Below, piece by piece: positions 37,186 through 50,507 of a stretch of 64,000 bases of DNA (positions within the stretch are counted from its first letter, which is position 1; the number at the start of each line of letters is the position of its first letter). A program made the position numbers and the translations under genes. Under the pieces are notes generated by a model. That model ran no database searches, was not told the origin of the DNA, and saw only the letters and a program-made list of their open reading frames with translations. Source of the stretch: Glaucostegus cemiculus (Eukaryota); contig CDPCPM010000060.1 of the NCBI GenBank assembly GCA_976551045.1, forward strand, positions 3,410,001 to 3,474,000, written 5' to 3'.

Positions 37186-39229
37186 AGGAAACAAAAAAAC
37201 AATCAATCAAAATGTCCATTGTACACACTAATACTGGACAAATACCAAAATTCAAGCCGATCTGGTTTGAATTCCAAACTGCATTTCTGAAATACAATGG
37301 GCAGTTTGTCTCTGGTACAAACACAGGCTTGTTTGAAGATTCTTTGTGAACTCTGTTCAGCGGCATCCTACCTGATGGTTATCTGCTTCAGAAAACAGTA
37401 ACTTGTAGCACAGATATACTTGCAATGTGTGAGAGCTGGATTTTTAATTCTCAGTGTGGATCAGGGAAAATGCCAGTGATGTTGGTCTATGGTAGGCGCA
37501 ACGACCTAATTTGACATTTAAATGCTTATTAAACCACTAAGCTGCTATATCAACTTTGGCCTACGTGGTAAATCAAGACTGTATCTCTCAGCTAGAAAGT
37601 GATTCTACGAACCCAGGGATGACTTTTAGTTTTAAGGTCTCTGAGACATAAATTAGTACGGGTAAATGTGCTTAACCCTTTAGGAGCAAACTCTCTTTCT
37701 TCCTCTCAATATAACCAGAGATGAGAATTTAATAAAACTTTTGAATAGTTGTATATAGTAAAATTATGAAACTATTTTCAGAATAGATAGTGTTTGTATT
37801 GTTTATGTAATTGCATAGAAACATCACACTGAGTAATTAGAAAAACCGTAAAGCTATTACTATATATCAAAGCCAAGCTGGGGCATCATGTTAGATAACA
37901 TGACATTTATTTCTTCTTTAGATTGAAATTTAGGTTAGCAAGAGTTTGAATATTGCAGAAACCTTGGATGCTGTATCCTTTGGTTCATCAAACGGGAACA
38001 TACTTTTCATTTAGGCTTTGTCTCAAACAATTTTAAGTATGTGAACATTGGGAGGAGATGTAATAATAATATGGGTAAAAATAAACTAATACAATCTCAA
38101 TATCCAGATCCTGCTGGTATAAATACCAGACATAATCTACTTAGGATCTGACCTTCAAAGACCACTTGTAAGTTTGCCATTTATTAGGTATAAGCTCTCG
38201 ATGCTAGTGAAGAACGTTGGGGATTCAAGAGATGGGAGAAGGATAAATATCATCTGTATCTTTGAATTCACATGATGCATTATTTTTGTCTTCCAGTTAA
38301 CCAGAACAGAATATTCAATGAACCAAAAATAAGGAGTTACAGCACCATAATTCTTCATGAATACATAGTGGCTGTATTATTTAGTGTAAAAATGATTGCG
38401 GCCATGTTCTTCCCATGTAGGGTATATAATGGTGGTGTTATTCCACATGAATCAAATGGTGCTGTGTCATTGTCTGGAATGTATAATATGTTCTTTATAG
38501 CATTTATTGGGAGCACCATTCTATAGAATACATAGTGGCTGTGTTATTCAGCAGGGAAAACATTCCAATTTTGTAATATTATTTCATATGGAATGCAGAG
38601 AAGTTACATTACTTATGTTAATAATTATCATTCCCTTTTGAATAACTTGCCACTGTGTTCTATCAATTGGTTATTATTGCTGCTTGTGGTCTTGGATATG
38701 TCCAAAGAATTGTTAAATCCCTTCATCTGTCCTTACCATAACAACTGCTACTGTGGCAAGAAATTGCTCCAGAAGATAATAAAGAAAAACAAAAAAACCC
38801 AATTTAGTTTAGGAATAAATCCAAAAATCCTCTGCACCTGCCTCAGCTGTAAATTGATATTCATCTTTAATTGGCTAGTAAAATAGGAGAGTGTAAAGAT
38901 ACATATTTGTTAAAGGCACAGTAGATATGTGAAGGTGCATCAGCTTGTTTTTGCGAGAGAAACTGTATATGCACATGTTTTCTGAAGCATAGACATTTTG
39001 GTCCTGAAGTCCTTTTGCTAGTTTGCATCTGGATGCACCTTAGCCCTTTAACTTGACCTACTGTATCCTCATCATTAGCTATTTGAAACATTTTCATAGA
39101 ATCCACTGTTCCTATATACCTTCTTCTTCGGCAGTCTTGTGGAATTGAGGCTGACTATAACAGAGTATTTTAACAATACATTGTTATGGCCTAATTAATG
39201 TTAAACTGATAAAGGGATTTGATATTAAT

Positions 39230-39570
39230 GATTTTTGCCTTTTTGCATTGAGAATCCTTTTTACCTGTTTGATTCTTATTTACCAAATAATATAAGAGCT
39301 TCATATTTCTCTTACCAAAATGTAATATCTCATTTAATTTCCCAATTACATGGTCATTTTGAAAAGTTTGTTACAGACCTCCTCAGTATTGACAAAATCT
39401 TCCTAACTTATTGTCACATGCAAAACAGGAAGTAATGACTTAGATTCCATTGTGTAAATCATTGTTCAATTGTGAACTATTAGTCCCAGCATTGATCCTT
39501 ATGAGATCCACTTTCCAATTTCAACATCTTTAAGCTTAATATTTTAGTCCAGTTTGTTCTTTTACTATGC
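39230..39570 (-). mobile_element. Very old CR1 RT remnant
   Basis: tagtcccagcattgatccttatgagatccact is the reverse of a SGVPQGSVLGP-like codon string. Confidence 0.45.
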
Positions 39571-40452
39571 TTAGATTACATGGAGAAGGACAATCCATCT
39601 CACTTCTTTAATTTATTAACTTAAATACCTCCCATAACTCTATCTACACTTGATATTGGTTCAAATGGAGTTTGTTTTCTGTACAGCCACCACCAATTAC
39701 AAAACCTCCAATTTCTCAAATATGTATTGGTCCCAACTGTAGAATTCCTTCCACAACTATTGCTAAGATTTTTTTTAGTTCTGTCTGTTAGCCTTGTAGT
39801 GCAGCATTGCTAACATTATTGAGAAAACCAGCTTTGAAGTCTTCTGCTCTAGTTTTATTTTCTCCAGCTCTCACAATTTGTCAATTCTGCAGTCTTACTG
39901 TCAGTTTTAATTATTTTATGATTTGACCACAGGACGCACAGCTAACATTCCCAGAGTTTGTATGCTCCTTGACATCTTTTACCCTGTTACAGATTTTAAC
40001 ATACACTTCACCATCTTAGAGTAGATCTTCCTTAAAGCTCTTTGAAAATCCTTTCAGCTGCCTATTGCCTATTGCTTTCTTGTCCACTTCTTGCTTATGA
40101 AACTGTACATTCTCCAAATTTTCATTACCCACTTGTATTTATATCTGTATGTATAAAGCATATATAAAGTATGATATAGTGCTCATCTAAGGCCATTATT
40201 TTAAAAAGTTCAAAAGTTACAAATTAGTTTTCTCGCATTCTCAATTATTGAGTGATAGATACTGATGGCTTTTACTCACAAAGTTTTAGAGTTAGATGCA
40301 TATGTTATTTGAAAGCTGTCAAACCATGTTAAACATGACTGCACAGCCAAAAGCCCAGGCGGCCCTTATTCAACATGTATCCATGTCTAGAATGCATGTT
40401 TATAAAGTTCCAGGGAGCATCCAATTCCCACTTCACTTATATCAGCAAGACT

Positions 40453-40656
40453 NNNNNNNNNNNNNNNNNNNNNNNNNNNNNNNNNNNNNNNNNNNNNNNN
40501 NNNNNNNNNNNNNNNNNNNNNNNNNNNNNNNNNNNNNNNNNNNNNNNNNNNNNNNNNNNNNNNNNNNNNNNNNNNNNNNNNNNNNNNNNNNNNNNNNNNN
40601 NNNNNNNNNNNNNNNNNNNNNNNNNNNNNNNNNNNNNNNNNNNNNNNNNNNNNNNN
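40453..40656. other. Assembly gap (204 N)
   Basis: Run of n. Confidence 1.
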
Positions 40657-40784
40657 TCCACTAGCAAAGGCAGCACCAGTTAGGATTACACTTAGTTCCA
40701 GAAATGTGTAGAATGTCTGCAAACAGTAAGTGAAATGTCATACATCTTCTTCAGTTACTTTTAATTGTCTTTTATTTCAGAAAA

Positions 40785-40960
40785 TTGTGTGTTCAATCCA
40801 CAATCAACGAACACATAAGCTCAACCACTCTTTCAATGCATCATGGAGGGAATGCTGCATTGTTGAAAATACCATTTTTTAGACGAGAATTTAAACAAGT
40901 TTTTACTTGTGGCTAAAATAAAGCCCTTTTGAGGCTATGTAAATGCAACTTATTTATTTT
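40785..40960 (+). mobile_element. SacSINE1-like SINE, internally deleted
   Basis: gtgttcaatcc, ggagggaatgctgcattgttgaaaatacc...agacgagaatttaaac, tail ggctatgtaaatgcaac. Confidence 0.6.
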
Positions 40961-41652
40961 AGATGAATGTTCTTTTGTGTTTTACCTTCTTTGTGCCCCA
41001 TCAATCTGTATCTTCAAGTAAAAATTTCATGGATAATGTCTACCTTTCATAATTAATCAGCATTCTGTGTAAGTGTGTGCTGAATGGCATCATAGCCAAG
41101 CCCAACCTGTTCTTCCCACATACAGAACATTACAGTAAAACCCACTGACAACTTTGGCTGTTTCTATGCTCTCACATCCTAGTCCAGAGTTCAGTGGACA
41201 ATTACACTGTCATCTTGTCTGACAAAAACCAACTCGGTACAAAGTTGGAAATTGAACCTCAATTGCTGTAATCTTATCAACTGAATCATCAAAGAGTTTT
41301 CTTTTTAATTGTTTCCTATTTTAGTTGGATTCAAATTCATGCTTCATACAGTGAACCAATTTTAGGTTGTTATTTATGTCTATAAATAACTTGAATATTT
41401 TGGATCAGAAGTGAACTTGGGTCAGGGTTGTTCATTTGAACTGGACTCAGTTCCTTCCTGTTATAAATAATGAACGAAATAATCATAGGCTTGCAGGTAG
41501 AGTCACAGCAGTTCAACGTTGTTTCAGATTTGTAGATGCGAAAGGAACAGAAAATAACAAACCCTAATTAATCTTCATCATGATTTTGCATGGCATTTAT
41601 GTTTGCAACTTTCCTAGACATCAGACTGCATATTCTTTGCTATCAATGTATT

Positions 41653-41954
41653 CTTCTAATACTAGAGGGCATGAATTTAAGGTGAGAGGGGGAAAGTTCA
41701 AAGGAGATAGGTGAGGCAAGTTTTTTTTACACAGTAAGCGGTGAGTGCCTAGAATGTGCTGCCATAGGTGGTAGTGGAGGCAAATGCAATAGGGGTGTTT
41801 AAGAGGCTCTTAGATGGGCACAAGAATGTGCAGAGAATGGAGGGATATGGATGTGATGTAGGCAGAAGGGATTAGTTTACTCAGATGTATAATTAGTTTG
41901 GCACAACATTGTGGACTGAAGGGCCTGTTTCTGTGCTGTACTGTTCTATGTTCT
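41653..41954 (+). mobile_element. CR1 LINE 3' end
   Basis: tctaatactagagggcatgaatttaaggtgagaggggga...gaagggcctgtttctgtgctgtactgttctatgttcta; same subfamily as 2201-2900. Confidence 0.93.
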
Positions 41955-44849
41955 AATGCAACTAATTACAAAAGATCTAACTTAATAATTTTGCCATATG
42001 CTTAATTTTATTTTGGGGGATTATGATCTTGATCATGTGGGCTTCATAGTGCACATGTATATAGTCAAGAATGTTGAATAGTTTCCTGCATATTACTTTG
42101 CACATCCTGCTTGGTACTTCATTATAGGCTGAGAATCCACAGGGTACAGCAAAGAGATAAAATCAGGAGTTGTGACATTATAGGTGGCCAGCAACAGCTC
42201 TTAATTTAATGTGCCAGTGCTTCCTGACCACACTATTAATGTGTGGACCAGTTGCTAGGACAAATATATATACCTTGGTCTTCCTATGCAACAAGTTCTA
42301 TATCTCAGCTGTGCTATCACAAATCTGCTGACTAATCAGCTGGCCAGTCAAGAAGGGCCACCACACGACTCACACTCACTAGTGGTAGAACACCAAGTAA
42401 TACTTAGGAACTGGCTGCCCACAGTTTTAGTCATGGCTTGGTGGGAAAACAGGGAAAAAATCATTTCCTTTTACTGAAAAAAACATGAGCTTCTGCTCTG
42501 AGAGGTTTCCATATTCAAGGACAGGAGCAGGCTGTTGCTCAGAGTTTAAGCTGCCAGTAGTCAAATTGGTTAATGCTGTTGGGCAGCTTCCTTTGGCTAC
42601 ATTTCCACTTACCACATTAGCCAAACTGACTCTTGCATCGGTTTCAGCATTAATACTTACAGATGTCTGGGGAAGTAGAAGGGGAATGAGTTGTGGCTCA
42701 GAAATTAGAGTTTGCCTAATTTTCTTTTTTTGAAAATTGGCCACAATTTGCTCTGTCTGTCCAGTGACCTGATAAATGCCGTCTTACTAAGCAAATAGAA
42801 CAATAGTTCCTTCTCCCTTAAAAATGATTTCATGTAAAAATTTATTCCATGTCCATCATTTTATTTTTGTTCCTTCCAAATATTTAATTTAATTGACATT
42901 TGAAATTTTTAAAATTGTGTAAATGAGGCCAATATGTGATTAGGAACTACAATTGAAGTTTAATTGCTTCTTAATTATGTCTTTCATCAAGCATGTAAGA
43001 GATACCAATACACTAGTTCCTGAATGGTTTCAGTTATGTGAAAGGTTCTTGCATGCCTTGCTTAGGTTTTTTTCTCTCTCCTACCACCATCACTTCCCAA
43101 CTTATCTCCTTGTTTTCCTGAAAGTATGCATTTCTCCTGGATATGATTCCAAGAGTGTCTGCAGAATTCTGACCACTCCACTTAAGTTGTTCATTGTAAC
43201 AGTGGACTTGGACAGTGAGTATCACTTGTCTGTTTGATGATGGAGATAGATAAGAGTCTGAACATGATGACCACACATGTCCAATAGGCTGACTGGAGAG
43301 GATGAGGACTGGGAGATCAGGCTGATTATTTTTTAACCCCTGCTAGCACGGATTAGATTCCAATCAGTTACCCTGGTGCAAACTAACAAATATTATGTGC
43401 TGCACAGTTCTTGACTCACTGGTGTATGTTTAGACAACTGGAGGCCTAAAACATCTTCAGCTGAGGTAGAAATACAGATGACTTTAAAAAGTCACACACT
43501 AAAAACAGAAATAGTTGGATTCTTTTCTATTCCACTGCTGTCTACGTTGGATTTAAATGACTATTCATCTGAAAGCAACTTACTCCACAGCAAACAAGCT
43601 ATTGACAGATACTTATGGGCTGACGGAAGAGTAATGAGAATAGGAGGTAAGAGGTCACTATGTGGGGGTGGGATTGGGCTTGGGCTGTGGTTGTGATGGT
43701 CTTTCCTTCTTGAACATTGAAGATGTGTATATAATGTTAAGCAGAATGTGTAACGATAGTGATGCACCAGAAGGCAACAAATGTTGTGCTTAATTTATCT
43801 ACCAATTGGCTTATCCCCATTACACATGTCACTATGGAGAGTTAGGCTTGACAAGCAGCAATGTAAGAAGCCTGAATGCTGATAAACTAGACATCTATAT
43901 TCTGTTACATTGCTCACTTTCATATCTGGACTTCACTTCTCAGCTGTCCACCGAACACTCCAGAGTCCAATTACCAGTAGAAGAATGCTAAATGGTTACT
44001 GTGATATTGTAACATACATAGTGGAAATCCTTCCATACTGGAAAAAGTCATTGGAAGAACAAAATAAATAGAATTATCAAAAGGAGAGATTTCATAGCCT
44101 TAGTCTTTTTTAAGGAATAAGTTTACATGGCGATACTCTGCAGAAGGATTATCACTAAGTAGCCAATAGTGACTGTAGTTAACAAACCTGCAAAAGACAT
44201 CTAAATGGCCACCTTCTCTAATTCGATTGATCCCTGCAGTTTAACTTGGTGAATTAGACACAGAAGTCACAAATCAGAACACTTGGAACAATCACCACAA
44301 AGATGATGAGCAAGTGTAGTCAGAACAAGCTTGATTTTTTTGTATGGCCCGCAAGCATTGGTTTGAAGGTGATGTTTACAGAAGCAAAGCAGCACAGATT
44401 GTATCTCTTCTCAGGAACAGCCCTTTGACAGGATTTCACAGGGTAGAGTCATTGCCTGTTTTATAGCAGCATTTCTGACACACTTTTTTATCATTAACAC
44501 AGCTTAAAGGACCACTGCCATCAATAATTTCTAAATTGCAAGCCAAACCTTTTATAATCCATACCATCCATCTTATAAAGCTATATAACATTGTTGAGAT
44601 AAATCTTTTGCCATTGCAGTTTTTGTTCTGGCCCAGTTATAACCATCAGATGCACGGTGTCAGATGGGTTCTATGACACTGTGTCTCAAACTCAAAATTG
44701 CTGAATTGTTGCCTCATTGTATAATCACAACAAAAAAATCAAAACAGCATGAGATAAATTTATGTTGTGCAAGCTAATAAATGCCTCAAGTATAGCTGAA
44801 GCTTCTGTTGGTAAAGCTATTTATTGATGCTGATCAATACAAACCAATC

Positions 44850-45300
44850 TCTGGGCTCAACCGCTGATCTGTGCTGAGGTAGCTGACTCTAGTCAATGTG
44901 CAAGTAACTTTGTTTCAATTCAGAAAAAGCTAGAAGTACCCAGCATTTTTTTAACCTTTTGGATGTCGGCCCTTTGTGAGACGAAGGGCCTAACCTGAGA
45001 AGTTAACCTGTAGTTTCTTTTTTTAGCTGATGAAAAGACTACTGCCAGCAGTAAATCAGCCAGGACCCCAGTTCTTCATTGCTGTTCAACGGCATCTGTA
45101 GGAAAATACCCATGCTTGGATACTGAAGCATAATATCAAAGTCAGATGTGCCGCTTTTCCTATTGAAATAGCTTGCCAGTGTTCATTTTAAATCCACAGA
45201 TTATGGATGACTATTAGATGACCTCACTGGAAACTGAATGATAGCTGTTAAATCCTAATTTACTGTGGGCCAGTGCCCTCAAAATTAAGTTAGGAAATGA
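44850..45300 (+). mobile_element. Old SINE-like repeat interrupted by a palindromic Penelope-terminus relic (~44925-45050)
   Basis: ctgtgctgaggtagctgactct ... aaatcagccaggacc ... aatagcttgccagtgttca ... cagtgccctca; insert contains ggccctttgt-gag-acgaagggcc. Confidence 0.55.
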
Positions 45301-47599
45301 GGAAGTTGGGTCCAAAGCAGGGCATTAAGTGTTTCCATAAAAATCCTGCAGTGATCACTGCATGCAATTCCAGATTCACTTATCTCAATTGTTCTCTTAA
45401 ACAAAATATATTGTATAATTTTTACAGAGATTTACCTAGTCTGCTTTTGCTTCTGAAAATGAGAAAATATCCTCCCAGCCGTGAATTTAATAATAATAAT
45501 AGCTGAGAAACTACTAATTACTCTCTGTACCTCCACAGCTGCCTAATGCAATGCATCACTTAAATTAATTAATGATTTCAATCATGAACTTTTTGAAAAA
45601 TGTTACAATTCCTCTCATGTCTACAATGCAGTGACCTGGGAGTGTGAAATCTGTATTATGTAGCAAGTAACCAATTAATTGATTCGCAAATTACTTAAAG
45701 TTTGTTAAACCCAAGGGAGCAGTCAGGCTAATGACAGGAGTCTTTTTTTTCTTCCTCTGATTGTTTTTTAAAAAGCCATCAATTTCTAGTCAGGCACAGA
45801 CTATCTTGGCACATCACTGGCCCTTTTGAATGGTACCTGTGAGCCAGCTCAGGTACCAGTAGACCCCAGGTTTACTGTCAAACATTTGGTTTAAGCATTG
45901 GATAAGTGGCTGTTTCTGTTTCCTGGTATCAGGCAGCCTAATCTCAGCCCCTATTAGCAATTGCTGTCATTCAGACACACAGTGTCTGGCTGATTTAAAT
46001 AAAATGAAATGAAGATAGTTGTTTCTGGTCCCTTGGCTTCAGTCATTGCTATAAACATATGCTCCGCGTCCTGCTTCTTTCCATCTTATTTATGACTTTA
46101 ATTTGTTGTGTGGGCTGTGTTAGAAATTAAATTTAATACAATTCTCCGAGGGACCCTGTCATATAATAACATGGTAATTTCTGTGTATCCTTTTGAAAAA
46201 TGAGGAAATTAATTCTTCTTGACATGTTCTAATTATTCCAGTGTGAATGGCAAACCTACTTTCCCGGCCCCTGAAGTGTTATAGGCAAGTGGCTGCTTTG
46301 CAGCACTGAGGTGCTAATGCTGACCAGCAGTGCGTTTAATTTGAAACATGAGTAGACACCTTTCAACACACCTTAGTAATATGGGAGTGCTTTACAAAAA
46401 TTAATTCACAACTTACTTAGCGGCTTAGCCTCAGGGTTAGATTTTTTTTTCCCAGTCTGGTGTTGGTTTCTGAGAGGAATTTTTATAGATGTAATTTATT
46501 ATTTTTTAACCTACTGTTTTTCATTAATTGCTCAAGTACAACTCAAATACTTTAAGGTATTAACAAATAGTGATTTTTTTTCTCCAGTCGGTTTTACAAA
46601 ACAAACAATTACTGACCTTGGGACTATTCGTTTTCAATATTATCCCAATTGGTGGGAGGGGGAGAGAAGGAAAACAAACTCGTAGATTTATTCATCTTCA
46701 GGAGCATGACCTATGTAGGACCAGGAAGATCTTTATGTTTACTGAAAATGAAATGATCCAATAGTATTTGCGCCCAAAAGTGGTAATTAAAGAACCAAAT
46801 TTGCCAATGGGGAATGAGTGGAGCAGACTTTTTGAAATAAAAGTTGGAAAATTGGTTATTCCAAATCAGTTTGTCTCAGTGAGTTCCATGTTTGTTAAGA
46901 CAGGATAGAGTTTAGGGTATTGCAATGGGTGTTTCTGGTCTGGAGAGGCATGGGGGAGGAATTTGGAATTCAGCAATGGCCCAAACCTTAACTACACTCA
47001 CTTTAAACTCACATGTGAATTAAGGCCACTTGGGGAAGGCACTGGAGTTTGGCCTAGTGCCTACAAAATGGCAATCCAGCTATACAGCCTGCTCTGAAAA
47101 AGTGGGAGAAAGGTTTTCAAATAATTTTTTTTCAACAAAAATGAATGTGATTTATGTGTCAGTGATTAGTGTTGATGGCAGCAAAATAATATATTTCTTC
47201 TGCAGTACCTTGGATGCAAGCAATGCAAGATTGTAATATATTATTTGAATGGAAAAACCTAAATATGGAATACATTTATGTATTCTTATTTGTTCATAAA
47301 ATCATGCAAGATATCATCTCAGCCATACATGCCTCAGAAGTAAGTTTCTTTAAGGGATTTCTTATGCTATTACAATTCTGCAGATGATTTGGCCAACTAT
47401 TAACAAAGTGTATGGATTTATAGGGGTTTGTTACATTGCAGTTGCTTAGAAATGATGTAGTTTTCCTCTAACTTTTCAACATATATACATTCTAATATGA
47501 TGTAATGCTTTGGCAAGCATTAACACAGGAGTTGTGCTGTATGTCATGAAACAGATCCCTCAATCTATAGCTCTCAACATACTGTCCCCAACATATTGC

Positions 47600-47810
47600 T
47601 GTGGTCCTGGAGTCATCTGTAGCCCAGCCAATGTCGGGATAGCAGACTTCTTTTCTTAAAATACATTAAATACTTAATTTGCTGATTTTAAGTTCTCTAG
47701 CTGCTATAGTGGGATTTGAACTTGTGTTGGGATTTGAACTAGTGTCTACCAATCTTGTGTCCATGCTTCTAAATTCCTAGTTGAGTCATATAATCTGTAT
47801 GTTATCAAAT
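47600..47810 (-). mobile_element. tRNA-derived SINE (tail related to second CR1-clade family) with duplicated B box
   Basis: ctggagtcatctgtagcccag...gcagacttcttttc, gctgctatagtgggatttgaacttgtgttgggatttgaactagtgtc. Confidence 0.6.
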
Positions 47811-49139
47811 CCATACTACATAGCCAATCCTTACTGAGACAGTTGTCAATGTCCTTGAGCTACAGAGATCGAACATTTTCAGATGGAAATTCTCAATCCA
47901 GTCACCTCTGCTTCCAATTGTTTGTTCATGTGCTTAGACGGAGGAGTCTGTATGGAAATGTGTGAATGAATAAGTGGGTGTTTATATTTGTGTATAATAT
48001 ACGTTTGGATGTAGGGGGGAGTTGATTGTCAGAGTTAACCAGCTGGCTGCTTAACAGTACTAATGGGGATTGGATCTCACAAAGGTATATGCTGCACACT
48101 GTGGAAACCAAATAATAGTCCCAGTGTGGCTTTCTTTACTGGGTCAGCATAATGTTGCTGGCTCTGAAACCAACATGGCTCAAAGTTATATATTTTTAGA
48201 GGTTATGATTGTAGTAAGCATTAGGATAGGATTTTGACTTGCACAGATTGATGAAGTCTCTGATTTAGGCAGAAATATAGGCTACCCAGCAGAAGACCCA
48301 AAAAACCCATATTGTTAGGACTGGCACGGAATGGTAAATGTGCCATCTCTATTCTAGCTCCGTTGTCATCCTGTTTATGCTGAGCAACATGAGTTAAAGT
48401 TGCCAACATATGTCTGCAAGTGCATGAGCCCATTTTTAGTTACAACAGAATCATATAAGCACTTCATGCCTCCTGCCTTGCTGATGTCACCTGCCAAATA
48501 ATTTTTGTGGTCTGGTCTCATTATCATTCAGTTAGCAAGGTGCTTGGGCATTTCAAGTATTTGGTTGATTGGAAGCACTGGCTATATTCCTGCTCGGTCA
48601 ACTCAGAATTAAGGGGACTAATCTGGGATGATCTTGGTCTGTGCATTTAAATTCCACTTTAAGTGCCTCAGCCATTGTGGAAACTTTTGAACATTTAATG
48701 ATTTTTCTGTGGAGCTCAAATGCCCAAAGTTATACATCTAGCTAAGAATGAACTATATCAGACATGAGTCCTCTGAAGAAAATTGCATTGCACAGATGAA
48801 TTCATGATTCCCGCAAAACACATCAGAGGCTTCAATTTCTTTAGTGTTTCTCTCTACCAGTGCCTTGTCTGGTAAGTACCAGTTACTACACTCAGCTGGT
48901 GATCTGCTCTATATATCTGAACCAAGGACACAGTGTTCACTTGCTGCTCCTTTCTTTCTGTATTTTTAGCAAGTAACGTTGATACTGAATTAGATCAGAC
49001 CCGTTTAATATCATGTTTCCTGTCACATGCATTGTGAAATGTAGAATCAAGTTTCACTTGTCTCTTTGCACAGTAAAATTCAAGGAGAAATTGGTTTTGG
49101 AGTAGGCTAGCAGTGGGGATCATAAAGACAATTACAAAC

Positions 49140-49445
49140 CAATACTATATTGAGCAGAGATCAGTAACAGACTAATACATAGCGAAGTGGAGATTGATAA
49201 TAAAGCAACACTGAATACACTTATCAATAACCAGCCAATATGAGATAGAAACAGGCTGTAGGAGTTTTCCCATGTTATTTAGCACAAATTAGTGACAGAT
49301 CAATATCATATAGGACAGGAGATCAGTACAATATAGAACAGGGATTAGCGCAGGCTACTTATTCATGGTAGCAGACACCAATACCAGACATATAAAACAG
49401 TGATCTGTATCAGACCAGTAGTGTGTAAAGCAAAGATCAATGAGA
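49140..49445. repeat. Degenerate ~30-nt minisatellite
   Basis: agcagagatcagtaacagactaatac, ttagtgacagatcaatatc, ggagatcagtac, acagtgatctgtatcagaccagta, agcaaagatcaatg. Confidence 0.55.
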
Positions 49446-50394
49446 AAAATGGCAGGTTCATGTAGTCCTGTAACAGGAAAGCTTCAACCATTATTTAAAA
49501 GCTATAAGTACTGACATGAGTAGGTTCATAAGACATACCCAATGTAGCCATTTATAATAAATTAACCAGTTAATGCCATCTTTTGCTTGTGTGTGCAGAA
49601 CAGTGAGGGATGGTGGTGTTTGATCCCATCTCATTCCTTGAAAGTTTTGCTATTTTTATTGGCAGTTGAATCAGAGAAGTATTTGTTTGTAGCAGAGCAT
49701 GTGGAGGAGGCAACAAACACTTTCACAATGTCACATCAGTGGGACTTGGCCAGCTGGCATTTAGCAGACTTGTGGGGAAAAGTTTCATTTGGATGCAGTT
49801 ATCAGTTCCATTACAACTTAGAACAGTTTGTTTCTTAATGAGCTGCATGGCAGGGAGTGGGTGAGGCCAGGGATCACTGCCAACATGCATGTGGATGGAG
49901 AGGGAGACAGGCTGGGAAATACTCTGCTATATCTAAATGAATTCAGAGGAGTGAGACTTGTGACCAGAGGGTGTGCCCATGCACACGGTGCCTTTATTAA
50001 CCCCACTGTTATACCTGATTTAACTGGATTAAGAGTAGGGAATATTGTTTCCAGTCTTATGTGGTAATAGTTTTCCAAATTAGAGTTCTTTCTTTCTGTT
50101 TTCAATATAGTTCTATCACTTTACCTTGCTTGCACTATGCAATCAAATAGAATAAAACTTATGTGCAATTTTTCTTGGGTAATTGGATAACAACATTCAT
50201 CTTGCAATGATTAAATATCTGTACATTTTATTGTGCTTAGATGTAATGCAACATTAAAACAATATTTTGAGCCCAGCATGAGAACATCTTTAACATTATA
50301 AGTATGAGCCGAGTCCAATCAAAACTAACTAATTGTAAAATGCTGTCCTCACTATGGAGCAGAAGTAGCATTGCCAATAAAGCTAAGTTACCAG

Positions 50395-50507
50395 AAGCAA
50401 GCAGGTACATGGAGTTGAGGTTACAGACAGATCAACCATTGTCTTAATGAATGCCAGAACAAGCTTGATGAGCAAATGACATCCTCCTGCTCCTAATCCT
50501 TATGTTC
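50395..50507 (+). mobile_element. CR1 3'UTR fragment
   Basis: ggagttgaggttacagacagatcaaccattgtcttaatgaatg...cctcctgctcctaatccttatgttc. Confidence 0.75.

Noticed and set aside
40296-40722. Four ORFs of 79-122 aa
   Set aside because: Artefacts of translating through the N gap
49828-50067. Protein-looking 79-aa ORF in slightly GC-richer sequence
   Set aside because: Non-ATG start, no recognised motif, no convincing splice sites
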